Program-made: the position numbers and the translations under genes
Notes under the pieces: model-generated
The model's input: only the letters and a program-made list of their open reading frames with translations
Databases searched by the model: none
What the model was told of the DNA's origin: nothing
DNA from: a virus
Direction: 5' to 3' (one strand)
DNA length: 64,000 bases
IMG/VR virus record: IMGVR_UViG_3300042558_000752
Coordinates: 4,014-68,013 of that record
Part shown: in pieces, positions 1 to 10,184 of the stretch
Position numbering within the stretch: the stretch's first letter is position 1
Layout of the letters: each line of letters begins with the position of its first letter

Positions 1-569
1 GTGTAACCACGAACGTTGCCTCTAGTGGCGTACCGCTCACAGAGTTTGATAAACATACGAGCTAGGTCATTGGTCATTTGTCCATGATCCTTGGAGAACA
101 CGCCTTGATCAAGATCACCTTTCCAATGGCTTTTACCTACACAGACCAAGTTATTGTTGTCGTCGTATTTCCAATGTTGAAACGGTGGAAAGTTTACCTT
201 GTCATGACTGTCTGCGGTGTTCTTTAGAGTTTTCTTGCGCCCTGGAGCCAGCGGGATATGTGTAAAGGTCATCACACGAAACACTAGATCCTGTTTCTGC
301 ACTTTTCGATAGTCTACTTCAAATTCTTTGGCCGGCATTTTTTTACCAGCTGCGTACACTGCTGCTTCGTGTGCAGCCTTGGCCATTTTAGATGCTCTAT
401 TTCTTTTGGCATCTGCGATAGTGCGTATGTTCAGCTTGTCCAAGGTAGTAACAATCAGATCGTATTCTTCGTACGCAGGATCGGTGAAACTACAGTAGGT
501 ATTTTTGCTTAGGTGTATTTCTCTTAATAGATCTTTGTTGGTTAGATACTTAATTTTAGGCACAATCAT
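1..569 (-). CDS. T4 gp55-like late-transcription sigma factor (3' end runs off the window)
   Basis: Absent from the ORF track because no stop lies in the window. Manual translation from ATG 569 (GGAG SD upstream) gives MIVPKIKYLTNKDLLREIHLSK...QMTNDLARMFIKLCERYATRGNVRGY, resembling gp55 motifs (YvnNKeLL; R-x-N-x-x-GY). Confidence 0.72.
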   Translation of the reverse strand, partial: MIVPKIKYLTNKDLLREIHLSKNTYCSFTDPAYEEYDLIVTTLDKLNIRTIADAKRNRASKMAKAAHEAAVYAAGKKMPAKEFEVDYRKVQKQDLVFRVMTFTHIPLAPGRKKTLKNTADSHDKVNFPPFQHWKYDDNNNLVCVGKSHWKGDLDQGVFSKDHGQMTNDLARMFIKLCERYATRGNVRGY

Positions 570-619
570 TAGTTAGAATTCTCCGTTATATGTTATATAA
601 TAGCACATTTTTATCATAA

Positions 620-625
620 TAAATA
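620..625 (+). promoter_or_regulatory. putative late promoter (TAAATA, T4 TATAAATA-like)
   Basis: AATAAATA ends 28 nt upstream of ATG 654; the same motif recurs in front of other structural genes. Confidence 0.6.
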
Positions 626-653
626 GTCTATATGACAAGGAAATCTGCTCAAA

Positions 654-1919
654 ATGGCTCGAAAGACTTATCCTGAAACCCCGCAAGAAGAAGCTGATAG
701 AATCAATCGTGCCAGTGGCGACCCTACTGGTATTTCTGCTGCACAAGTGGCCAACAATCGCTCAATCAATGAAAAAGCAACAGCGTTTTTTGGCGTCGGA
801 GCATCTACTAAACCGTCCTCGGGTCCAGGCAGTAATCCTGTGGCACCTTTTTCATTGTTGACAGCAGCCATTTCAGACAGCTTTGCCCAAGCTACCAACG
901 AAGGACAAGCTGCTCTACAAAGTGCGTCGTCAGATATGTCAAAACTCAAACTAGACGAAAAAGCTGCTGAACTGTCAGGCGGATCCAAATCAGGATTAAA
1001 CCAGATGGCTGGTGATATAAAAAACTTTGGTAACAGTGCCATGGGTGGAAATGTCACAGTGAACAGTGCAGTTAGTGGAGCAGTAGATAAATTAAAATCG
1101 TATGCAGGTTCAACTAGTAACATAGCAGCAGATATCTCCGGAACACTTAATAAACTCACTGGCGGCAATCTTGCAGGCGGATTAATGAAAGCTGCCGGCA
1201 GTTTTAGTGCAGCTGCCGGCATGCTCAACAATATACTTAGTCTCAAACGTGGGGTCAACGTTCCAGCGGGAGCGCAGACATTCGTTCCGCAAGGAGAAGC
1301 CATACAACTCAATGTTGGCAATGCAGACGATTGGCGTGTGCGCATAACCTGTGAATGGGGTATTTTCAACAGTTTGTTGTTTCAGCAGCTCAAAGACACC
1401 GGCGGTGTAGTCTGGCCGTATATTCCCAGTGTCACAGTCAGCACCAAAGCAGAATACTCTACTATTCCGATCACACATGGCAATTATGCTCAGTATAGTT
1501 ATAAAAACAGTGTGGTAGATGATATCACTATCAGCGGAGAATTCAGTTGCGAAACCAACGAAGAAGGCTCCTACTGGATTGCAGCAACCACCTTTTTTAA
1601 AACAGCTACGAAAATGTTTTTTGGACAAAGCTCACCAGCAGGCAATCCCCCGATCATCTGTATACTGTCGGGATATGGTGCTCGCATATTTGAAAATGTT
1701 CCTGTTGTTATAAAATCTTTTTCTGTGGATTTCAAAGATGATGTAAGTTATATTCGATGCGATCCGTTCGATAATGGCAAATATACTTGGGTTCCGACAC
1801 TTAGTACTATAACTGTGGTAGTGGCTCCTGTTTACACCAGACAAGGTCTAAGACAGTTTAATCTTCAAGACTACGCTCGTGGCCAAATGGCTACTAAGAA
1901 CGGCGGCGGATATATCTAA
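654..1919 (+). CDS. baseplate/tail-tube-initiator-like protein (gp48/gp54-like C-terminal domain) with Gly/Ala/Ser-rich N-terminus
   Basis: 421 aa; C-terminal PYIPSV...PPIC.L.GYG...F.NVPVVIKSF pattern typical of tube-fold baseplate proteins; sits directly before a gp53-like gene. Confidence 0.55.
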   Translation: MARKTYPETPQEEADRINRASGDPTGISAAQVANNRSINEKATAFFGVGASTKPSSGPGSNPVAPFSLLTAAISDSFAQATNEGQAALQSASSDMSKLKLDEKAAELSGGSKSGLNQMAGDIKNFGNSAMGGNVTVNSAVSGAVDKLKSYAGSTSNIAADISGTLNKLTGGNLAGGLMKAAGSFSAAAGMLNNILSLKRGVNVPAGAQTFVPQGEAIQLNVGNADDWRVRITCEWGIFNSLLFQQLKDTGGVVWPYIPSVTVSTKAEYSTIPITHGNYAQYSYKNSVVDDITISGEFSCETNEEGSYWIAATTFFKTATKMFFGQSSPAGNPPIICILSGYGARIFENVPVVIKSFSVDFKDDVSYIRCDPFDNGKYTWVPTLSTITVVVAPVYTRQGLRQFNLQDYARGQMATKNGGGYI

Positions 1920-2218
1920 TGGCCAATTATAATAAAAACAGTCCTTGGGCAGATACTAGACAAAATAATTTCTATCTTGATTTGTTAGAAATAAGACCTG
2001 TGCCTTCTGAACCAGATGATTTTCGTTATGTGATAGAAAATCAATATAGACATCGACCTGACTTGCTGGCCTATGATGTATACGGTAGTGCAAAACTATG
2101 GTGGGTGTTTGTTCAGCGGAATATGAGTGTATTGAAAGACCCCATCTATGATTTTGAACCAGGGGTAGTAATATATCTACCTAAGAAAAATAATCTGCAA
2201 AAGTTCCTAGGAGTATAA
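1919..2218 (+). CDS. baseplate wedge protein, gp53/LysM-like
   Basis: RPDLLAYDVYGSAKLWWVF...N...DPI motif; TAATG overlap with the upstream gene. Confidence 0.8.
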   Translation: MANYNKNSPWADTRQNNFYLDLLEIRPVPSEPDDFRYVIENQYRHRPDLLAYDVYGSAKLWWVFVQRNMSVLKDPIYDFEPGVVIYLPKKNNLQKFLGV

Positions 2219-4729
2219 ATGGTAGCAAGATTTATTCCTACAGGTCAAGAATTAACTTATAAGCCAGACGGTTCGGTAGCACTGACAGGTTCTCCGGCTA
2301 TTTCAGTGCCACAAGGCACAGCAGAAAATGTATCTAATCAAGATCCCACCAGACCGTCGAATCCGTTAAGAGGTGGTTTTCCGACACAGAAATCAAACAT
2401 CAAACCCACTGCTAGTTCCAGTAGGCCAGATCCAAATAAATTGGTCAAAAACCCCATGGAGGTATTTGCCAGCTCTAACATTTTGTGGACCCTGGCCTGT
2501 CTTACTCCTGCACAATTTAATGATCCTCGGTCATATAGAAATAGTCCCGGTGAGTTAACGAACATTGTGTTTTCAAGTGGCGGTAGGTTTGATGCCCAAA
2601 GACAAAAAATTTTTATAAGTCCGTCCTTGGTTACGCAAGCGCCTGAATATTATATCAACAATTTTGTAATGAAAAACATCATTGGAGCCAATGAAGCCAC
2701 GGGAAATTCCAATGCAGTAAAATTTGAGTTTGACGTTATCGAGCCGCATTCTATGGGATTGTTATTACAGAGCATGCAGGCCGCTGCAATAAATGCAACT
2801 TATCTAAGTTACATGGATAATGCTCCTTTTGTATTACGCATGGACATACAGGGGTTCGATCAACTGGGTAGAATTATATCAAATATCAAACCCAAGTTTT
2901 TTGTACTAAAATTGACCGGAGTCAAATTTTCAGTTAACGAAGGCGGCAGCACATATAAAGTTGAGGCCATACCTTATAATCATCAAGGATTTTCAAGCTC
3001 GGTTAATATCTCTTACAGCGATGTTAAACTTTTTGCCAGCGGACAGGGACATGTGTTTGATATATTAGCAAGAAGTGGCGAGGGCAGTCTAGTAAATTTT
3101 TTAAATGCCATTGAAGAAAAACTTTTAAAAGATGAAGAAATAAGAGTAAAAGATGAGTATGTGATACAGTTTCCTATACTTTCTAGTGATTGGAAAAGTT
3201 CAGCAGGCAACCAAGCAGAAATAAAAAAAGCCACCGTTAATCCCAATGAAAAAGAACAGATAAAAGCAGTTCCTGCCTCTCTGATCAAGATTGATCCTCA
3301 ACTATTAGATCAAAATAGCATAGCATCGGCCGGTTTTGGATTTGATCAAAATTCGGGAGGAAGACCGTTGTTCAAGCGTGCCGGTGACCAATACGATGAA
3401 AAAACCGGTGTGATGATTAGAGACGGCATGACTATTGATCCTAAAAAACGTGCTTTTCAATTTGCTCAATCTCAATCTCTAACATCAATTATAAATCAGA
3501 TCATTCTAAGTTCTGAATATGCCACCGAAGCTATTGATCCAAAATATCTTACCCCACAGGGATATATCAAATGGTTCAAGTTAGATGTACAGATAGAATT
3601 ATTAAAACTTGACGACCTCACAGGTGATTACGGCAAAAGAATAACTTTCAGAGTAGTTCCTTATTTTGTGCATCAAAGTTTATTTCTCCCTGCTACTTCT
3701 GCACCCATAGGATATTCAGAATTACTGAAAGATGTAGTGAAAGAATATCAGTATATCTACACCGGACAAAATGTTGATGTTCTAAGTTTTAACGTGCAAA
3801 TTAACAATTTATTTTATTCAGGAGCCGTTCCCAAGAAAGAATCAGAAGCGGCCAAAACTGCGACACAGGATCAAAATCGTGGAGAAAAATTACCTTCTTC
3901 CACAAGCACCAACAAAGGACAAGCCCCTGAGGTACAGGCAGCACAAATGGGACGATCAAGACCCAAACGCGATGCAGAATTATTGAAAGGGTACAAAGGT
4001 GGTTCTGATCAAAAAAGTGTTGAACAAAATGTTGCAGAAACTTTTCAACAGAAATTCATCAGCGGCAACAGTGCTGATTTGGTTACCATAGACTTGGAAA
4101 TTCTAGGGGATCCTTATTGGTTGGTAGATTCAGGAATGGCCAATCATTTTTCCTCGTCAGTTGCACCTACTGATCAAATCACTGAAGATGGCACAATGAA
4201 TTATGAAAGCGGAAATGTTTATATCTATCTTACATTCAGGACACCGATTGACGTTAACACAACAACTGGCCTGTATGATTTTTCACAAATTGCCGAGGAC
4301 AGTCCGTTTGGCGGTATATATCGTATTGTTCAGTGTGAAAACACATTCAGTGACGGTAATTGGAAACAAAAATTAAAATGTATAAGAATGCCTGGACCGC
4401 AAGGACCTGAAACTGTCAAAGTTGAATCAGATAATAAATCTCCAGTGGCAGCCAAGGCTGATACTCCAGCCACTAAAATAGGTCCAAAAGAACCTCCTAA
4501 AACTTCACCTATTGATAACAGTTCTGGAAATTCAAGCGTTACCGGATCAGGTCAACGGGCATCTGCAGATCCTCGACGTTTAGATGCACCGAGATCAGGG
4601 GGTGGATCAGGTCAACGGGCATCTGCAGATCCTCGTCGTTTAGATAATAAAGCAACTACAACTACAACATCAGACCAAGCACCGCGTGTGGTTGGATTTA
4701 GATATTACAGAGACCTAGGACAAAAATAA
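2219..4729 (+). CDS. putative baseplate hub protein (gp27/VgrG-like)
   Basis: 836 aa between gp53-like and gp5-like genes; LEILGDPYW and GIYRIVQCENTFSDGNWKQKL motifs resemble hub C-terminal strands. Confidence 0.55.
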   Translation: MVARFIPTGQELTYKPDGSVALTGSPAISVPQGTAENVSNQDPTRPSNPLRGGFPTQKSNIKPTASSSRPDPNKLVKNPMEVFASSNILWTLACLTPAQFNDPRSYRNSPGELTNIVFSSGGRFDAQRQKIFISPSLVTQAPEYYINNFVMKNIIGANEATGNSNAVKFEFDVIEPHSMGLLLQSMQAAAINATYLSYMDNAPFVLRMDIQGFDQLGRIISNIKPKFFVLKLTGVKFSVNEGGSTYKVEAIPYNHQGFSSSVNISYSDVKLFASGQGHVFDILARSGEGSLVNFLNAIEEKLLKDEEIRVKDEYVIQFPILSSDWKSSAGNQAEIKKATVNPNEKEQIKAVPASLIKIDPQLLDQNSIASAGFGFDQNSGGRPLFKRAGDQYDEKTGVMIRDGMTIDPKKRAFQFAQSQSLTSIINQIILSSEYATEAIDPKYLTPQGYIKWFKLDVQIELLKLDDLTGDYGKRITFRVVPYFVHQSLFLPATSAPIGYSELLKDVVKEYQYIYTGQNVDVLSFNVQINNLFYSGAVPKKESEAAKTATQDQNRGEKLPSSTSTNKGQAPEVQAAQMGRSRPKRDAELLKGYKGGSDQKSVEQNVAETFQQKFISGNSADLVTIDLEILGDPYWLVDSGMANHFSSSVAPTDQITEDGTMNYESGNVYIYLTFRTPIDVNTTTGLYDFSQIAEDSPFGGIYRIVQCENTFSDGNWKQKLKCIRMPGPQGPETVKVESDNKSPVAAKADTPATKIGPKEPPKTSPIDNSSGNSSVTGSGQRASADPRRLDAPRSGGGSGQRASADPRRLDNKATTTTTSDQAPRVVGFRYYRDLGQK
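4544..4645 (+). repeat. 42-bp direct repeat, two copies, 60-bp period
   Basis: 4544-4585 and 4604-4645 differ at one synonymous base; both encode GSGQRASADPRRLD. Confidence 0.95.
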
Positions 4730-6324
4730 TGGCAGAATTATCAAGACCATCAGTTGATGATGAAGGCAGACGTGGCGGGTTAACCACAGGCATATATGTT
4801 GCTAGGGTGATCAGCCATCTTGATCCTTCATTTATGGGATCTATAGAAGTGAATCTTTTAAAAGATCAGGCCAACACCGCGGGCGATGATAGTCAAACTT
4901 TTATTGTAAAGTATGCATCACCATTTTTTGGATACACTCCATTTGAGTTTATGGGTAAAAACGACGGTGCTAAATCTACCATCGACGGATTCAGCGACAC
5001 ACAAAAATCATATGGTATGTGGTTTGTACCTCCGGATGTTGGTGTCAACGTGTTGGTGCTATTTGTCAACGGTGATCCAGCTTCGGGCTATTGGTTTGCT
5101 TGTGTGCCGGGAGTAAACATCAACCACATGGTACCGGCTATTGCCGGTAGTACAGTAAACAGCCTTGATGCTGAAGATAAAAAACGATACGGAAACACCG
5201 CATTGCCTTTGCCAGTGGCAGAAGTTAACAAACGTATCAACGGTGATGTACAAGAAATTGATCCAGAAAAATATCCCAGAGTAGTTCACCCCATAGCAGA
5301 CAGATTTCTTGAACAAGGTCTGCTAGAAGATGATGTGCGAGGATTCAACACAAGTTCACCTAGACGAGAAGCTCCTAGCATGGTGTTTGGTATTAGCACT
5401 CCGGGTCCGCTCGATCGCAGAGTTGGCGCTAAAAAACAAAAAATAGGCAAGGCAGATAGCCAAGCAACTGTGCCAGTAAGTAGATTAGGCGGCACTCAAT
5501 TTGTCATGGATGACGGAAATGATAGGTATCATCGAGCAACATCAGCTGCTGAAGGCCCAGTAAAATACATTGATCTATTAGATCCTGCTAACCAGAAAAA
5601 AGGTGACACCGGTGCTGCAACAATTCCGGCTAGTGAATATTTCCGAGTAAGAACTAGAACTGGGCATCAGATATTGATGCACAATTCAGAAGATTTGATC
5701 TACATAGCCAACGCTCGAGGCACCGCTTGGATTGAATTAACCAGCAACGGCAAGATAGATATATTTGCCGAAGACAGCATCAGTGTGCATACACAACAAG
5801 ATCTCAACATACGTGCAGCGAGAGACATAAATCTAGAAGCTGGCCGAAATATAAACATGAGAACCGAAACAGGCAAATGGCATGTAGAAATAGCCACCGA
5901 CATGGAGTTTCTAATCAATGCAGATGCCAAGCTCACAGTAGGTGCTAACCTTGACATACTAGTAGGAGCCAAGACTAAGATATCTACTAAAAACGATCTT
6001 GACATAGCAAGTTCAGCAGAAACAAAGATCAGTTCCACAGCAGACATCAGCATCGGTAGCAGTGCAGAAGTCAAGATTAACGGTACTAAAATCAATCTTA
6101 ACGGTCCTAATAATGCAGAAACTGCTGTTGCTGCAGACTTTGTCAAACCCTACGATCTGCGTGACAATCCGGCCACAAGTTCAGCTGCAGGCTGGGACAA
6201 AAAATATCAAGCAGGCACAGTGAAAAGCTTCATGAAGCGCATCCCTATGCACGAACCATGGGTGTTGCATGAACACCGAGCACCAGATTTACTCACTCCA
6301 GACAAAACAGATAGGAATACTTAA
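4729..6324 (+). CDS. baseplate central spike, gp5-like (OB-fold plus beta-helix, no lysozyme domain seen)
   Basis: N-terminal DP..MG.I.V and SYGMWFVPPDVG..VLVLF OB-fold motifs; RTRTGHQILM; C-terminal short repeats typical of a beta-helix. Confidence 0.8.
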   Translation: MAELSRPSVDDEGRRGGLTTGIYVARVISHLDPSFMGSIEVNLLKDQANTAGDDSQTFIVKYASPFFGYTPFEFMGKNDGAKSTIDGFSDTQKSYGMWFVPPDVGVNVLVLFVNGDPASGYWFACVPGVNINHMVPAIAGSTVNSLDAEDKKRYGNTALPLPVAEVNKRINGDVQEIDPEKYPRVVHPIADRFLEQGLLEDDVRGFNTSSPRREAPSMVFGISTPGPLDRRVGAKKQKIGKADSQATVPVSRLGGTQFVMDDGNDRYHRATSAAEGPVKYIDLLDPANQKKGDTGAATIPASEYFRVRTRTGHQILMHNSEDLIYIANARGTAWIELTSNGKIDIFAEDSISVHTQQDLNIRAARDINLEAGRNINMRTETGKWHVEIATDMEFLINADAKLTVGANLDILVGAKTKISTKNDLDIASSAETKISSTADISIGSSAEVKINGTKINLNGPNNAETAVAADFVKPYDLRDNPATSSAAGWDKKYQAGTVKSFMKRIPMHEPWVLHEHRAPDLLTPDKTDRNT

Positions 6325-6326
6325 TA

Positions 6327-6764
6327 ATGGCTACTAGACTATACAATCAACAGACAGCAGCACAGCGTTCTGCCACAGTAACGCAGAATCAAGGACAATT
6401 TACCTACAAGGGATTTAGTTCTAGTGAAGCTAATAAGAATTTCAAACTCTATGATATTAATCTAGTCAAGCAAGATTTGATAAATCATTTCTATATTCGA
6501 AAGGGTGAAAAATTAGAAAATCCAGATTTTGGCACAGTGATCTGGGACATGCTGTTTGAACCATTCACGCCTGACGTCAAAGAAATCATCGCCAAGGATG
6601 TAGAAGCTATCATAAACTATGATCCTAGATTTGCAGTAACTGAAATTAACATAGACAGCACAGATCAAGGCATGCGTATTCAAGCAGATCTGGTGTATAT
6701 TCCTTTTAATATCAATGAACGTATGACTTTGAACTTTGACAAAAACAGTAATGTAATTAACTAA
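6327..6764 (+). CDS. baseplate wedge protein gp25-like
   Basis: VKQDLINHF.IRKGE...NPDFG..IWD.LFEP...YDPR pattern of the GPW/gp25 family. Confidence 0.88.
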   Translation: MATRLYNQQTAAQRSATVTQNQGQFTYKGFSSSEANKNFKLYDINLVKQDLINHFYIRKGEKLENPDFGTVIWDMLFEPFTPDVKEIIAKDVEAIINYDPRFAVTEINIDSTDQGMRIQADLVYIPFNINERMTLNFDKNSNVIN

Positions 6765-6782
6765 GCATATTATTTTTAAGGG

Positions 6783-6788
6783 TAAATA
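6783..6788 (+). promoter_or_regulatory. putative late promoter TAAATA
   Basis: In the 29-bp intergenic gap, 5 nt before ATG 6794. Confidence 0.5.
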
Positions 6789-6793
6789 TTGGT

Positions 6794-9700
6794 ATGACCA
6801 CAACCAGCAGACAAAACAATCTCATACTGAATCAAGATTGGACCAGGATCTATCAGACGTTTAAAAACGCTGATTTCCGTAGCTACGACTTTGAAAATCT
6901 GCGTAGAGTTATTATCACATACCTACGAGAAAACTACCCAGAAGATTTTAATGATTATATAGAATCCTCAGAATACATGGCATTGATAGATGCTGTAGCG
7001 TTCTTAGGTCAAAGCCTAGCATTTCGTATAGATCTTGCCAGCCGTGAAAATTTTATTGAATTAGCAGAAACCAAAGAAAGTGTGCTGCGTATTGCTCGTA
7101 TGCTTAGTTACAATGCCAAACGCACTGTAGCGTCAAGCGGACTGTTAAAGTTTGCAACAATATCCACTACTGATACTCTCGTAGACAGCAACGGAAAAAA
7201 TTTAGCGCAACAGTTAATAACTTGGAACGACCCCACAAACGCCAACTGGTTAGAACAGTTTCTCACTGTGTTAAACAGTGCTATGGCAGACAACACAGAA
7301 TTTGGCCGCAGCCAAGGTTCCGCCACGATCCAAGGAATCCCTACAGAACAATATAGATTCCGAACGGTTAGTGCAGATGTGCCTTTGTTTTCGTTTACCA
7401 AGACTGTGGCCAGCAGAGGTATGAGCTTTGAGATAGTTAGCACAGCTTTTAAAAACAGCGAAAACATCTACGAAGAGCCACCCGTGCCTGGCAACCAAAT
7501 GGGATTCATCTATAGAAACGATGGATCCGGACCAGGTAGTGCTAACACAGGATTTTTTGTTCAGTTCAAACAGGGTACATTGGAGTTGGCAGATTTTACA
7601 GTAAATGTACCCACCACCAATGAAAAAATTGCTGTCGACGCAGGTAACATCAACAATGATGATGTGTGGTTGTTTTCCTTAAACTCACAAGGCGCACAAC
7701 TCGAAGAGTGGACCAAAGTATCGTCTTTGGTAGGCAACAACATTGCCTATAACAGCGTCACACAAGACATACGCAACATCTATGCTATTAATACCAAAGA
7801 AGATGACAACATAGATCTTGTGTTTGCAGACGGCGTCTACGGAAATTTACCACAGGGGTCTTTTAGAGTATTTTATAGAACCAGCAATGGTTTATCGTAC
7901 ACCATATACCCTAATGAATTAAGGGGTATTAATATTTCTGTGTTGTACAGAAACAAAAACAATGTTGAACACACGTTGACCATCGGGTTGGCCTTGCAGA
8001 GCACTGTGGCTAATTCTGCTGCCTCTGAAGACATAGACAACATTCGTGCTAATGCACCTGCGGTCTATTACACTCAGAATAGAATGATAACTGCAGAAGA
8101 TTATAATCTTGCACCGTTGTTGGGTTCACAGAATATTGTAAAAATTAAAGCAGTGAATAGAACATCTAGCGGTATCAGCAGAAATTTTGACATCATTGAT
8201 GCTACTGGAAAATACAGCAGTATTAATGTATTTGGAGACGACGGATATCTTTACAAACAAGAAGATGAATCTGTACTGTCATTTAAATTTGCCAGCAGAA
8301 TAGATATCATTAATTTTATTAGACGCAGTGTAGAACCGGTATTTACAGACACAGAAGTTTATAATTTTTATTTTACAAAGTTTGATAAGATATTATTCAC
8401 TGATATTAACACGGTATGGCAGTCTGTTACCACTGCTACCAGCACAGGATATTTTAAAAATGTGGTAGATAATGCTCAACTCAAGGTTGCCGGGTATTCT
8501 ACTAGCAACTTAAAATATGTGTTAGTTAATGCAGCAGTGAAGTTTGTTCCGCCTACCGGATTTAAATTTAAAAAAGGAAAATTAGTTGCTACCAACATCA
8601 ACGATGCTGATCAAACAGATTACATATGGACAAAAATTGTCAAGATCACAGGCGATGGAACATATGTCAAAGGGCTAGGACCAATAACACTCAGCGATCT
8701 AGTGCCCACTGGCGCTGTGGCTCAACGTATAGTGCCAAGATTTGTCAGCGACTTGCCTGTGGCACTTGAAACTGAAATTGTCAATCAAGTGTTTGATAAT
8801 CAAACGTTTGGACTGAGATATGAAATTACTGAATCTCAATGGAAGTTGATCACTGCCAGCAATTTAAATCTAACCAATGATTTTACTTTGGGTAAAGCTG
8901 GAGATACTACCAACACCAACATAGACAGTTCTTGGGTCATAGCCTTGGTTAAACAGCCCGACAGCTATATCGTGAGAATTAGAAAGCAGTCGTATATCTT
9001 TGGTAGCTTACAACAGAATAGATTTTATTTTGACAGCAATGAGAAACAGTATAATGATCAAGTAGGCGCAGTGGTTAAAGATCAGATTTCTGTGTTGGGA
9101 ATTAATACCAGCAAGGATGGTATCACTGAGCTTAAACAAGATGTGCCCTTTGAAATCAGTGATACCATAAAGTTCGATGACGGCTTTGAAAGCACCAACG
9201 AAATTAAATTAAGTTTTAGAGATGCCGACGACGACGGAGTTGTTGACAATCCTGAATCATTTGAAAACATTGTAGGTCTAGATCAAGATTTAAATTTCTT
9301 ATTTTTCCTATCCTCGAACGATGTCTACGGAACAGAAATTAAAACACTCATAGACAACTCAAATGATTTAATTTTAGTTAGACAAAAAGAAGCTGGAATA
9401 ACTTTCAATGACACTGTGACATATCCTGATCAGCAGTTGATATATTTTTATGATTCTGCTGAAAACATTGTTAAACGAGTAAATCGTACCACTAACACTT
9501 TAGACATAACCAACGAATACACAGCAGTCATTGGTAGAAGAAATCTTAAATTTCAATACACTCACAACGCCAGTGTGGATAGAAGGATTGATCCTTCTAC
9601 CAGCAATATCATTGACATCTATCTGCTAATTAGAAGCTACGATGAAAGTTATAGAATATATCTTGCCGGCGGCACTGATACAGAACCAGTTGCACCTACT

Positions 9701-10183
9701 AGTGACGCATTGAGAACAACATTTGGCACAGCACTATCATCGATTAAATCTATCAGCGATGATATAATATATCATCCTGTGAAATACAAAGTGCTGTTTG
9801 GATCTAAAGCAGATCCTAAACTACAGGCAGTGTTTAAGATTGTTAAGAATCAAAATCGTTCGATCAATGACAACGATCTCAAAGTTAGAGTAATCACTGC
9901 TATCAACATTTTCTTTGATATCAACAACTGGGACTTCGGCGACAGATTTTACATGGGCGAACTAACCACATATATTTTAAACACAGTGTCTCCAGACCTT
10001 GCTAACATAGTGATAGTGCCAAAACAATCTAATCAATCATTTGGTAGTCTTTTTGAAATACAAAGCAGATCAGATGAAATACTGATCAGCGCAGCCACAG
10101 TGGACGACATAGAAATCGTCTCTGCCATCACCGCATCCGAAATAGGTGCCAGCACCAACTCTATAGTATCAACAACTTATTAA
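6794..10183 (+). CDS. baseplate wedge protein gp6-like
   Basis: DFENLR...YL, F.DY.ESS, A....SV..IA..L.Y and QNRMITAEDY motifs characteristic of gp6. Confidence 0.85.
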   Translation: MTTTSRQNNLILNQDWTRIYQTFKNADFRSYDFENLRRVIITYLRENYPEDFNDYIESSEYMALIDAVAFLGQSLAFRIDLASRENFIELAETKESVLRIARMLSYNAKRTVASSGLLKFATISTTDTLVDSNGKNLAQQLITWNDPTNANWLEQFLTVLNSAMADNTEFGRSQGSATIQGIPTEQYRFRTVSADVPLFSFTKTVASRGMSFEIVSTAFKNSENIYEEPPVPGNQMGFIYRNDGSGPGSANTGFFVQFKQGTLELADFTVNVPTTNEKIAVDAGNINNDDVWLFSLNSQGAQLEEWTKVSSLVGNNIAYNSVTQDIRNIYAINTKEDDNIDLVFADGVYGNLPQGSFRVFYRTSNGLSYTIYPNELRGINISVLYRNKNNVEHTLTIGLALQSTVANSAASEDIDNIRANAPAVYYTQNRMITAEDYNLAPLLGSQNIVKIKAVNRTSSGISRNFDIIDATGKYSSINVFGDDGYLYKQEDESVLSFKFASRIDIINFIRRSVEPVFTDTEVYNFYFTKFDKILFTDINTVWQSVTTATSTGYFKNVVDNAQLKVAGYSTSNLKYVLVNAAVKFVPPTGFKFKKGKLVATNINDADQTDYIWTKIVKITGDGTYVKGLGPITLSDLVPTGAVAQRIVPRFVSDLPVALETEIVNQVFDNQTFGLRYEITESQWKLITASNLNLTNDFTLGKAGDTTNTNIDSSWVIALVKQPDSYIVRIRKQSYIFGSLQQNRFYFDSNEKQYNDQVGAVVKDQISVLGINTSKDGITELKQDVPFEISDTIKFDDGFESTNEIKLSFRDADDDGVVDNPESFENIVGLDQDLNFLFFLSSNDVYGTEIKTLIDNSNDLILVRQKEAGITFNDTVTYPDQQLIYFYDSAENIVKRVNRTTNTLDITNEYTAVIGRRNLKFQYTHNASVDRRIDPSTSNIIDIYLLIRSYDESYRIYLAGGTDTEPVAPTSDALRTTFGTALSSIKSISDDIIYHPVKYKVLFGSKADPKLQAVFKIVKNQNRSINDNDLKVRVITAINIFFDINNWDFGDRFYMGELTTYILNTVSPDLANIVIVPKQSNQSFGSLFEIQSRSDEILISAATVDDIEIVSAITASEIGASTNSIVSTTY

Positions 10184-10184
10184 T

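Noticed and set aside
4544-4645. CRISPR-like repeat-spacer
   Set aside because: Only two copies, in frame within a CDS, an 18-bp gap and no cas genes.
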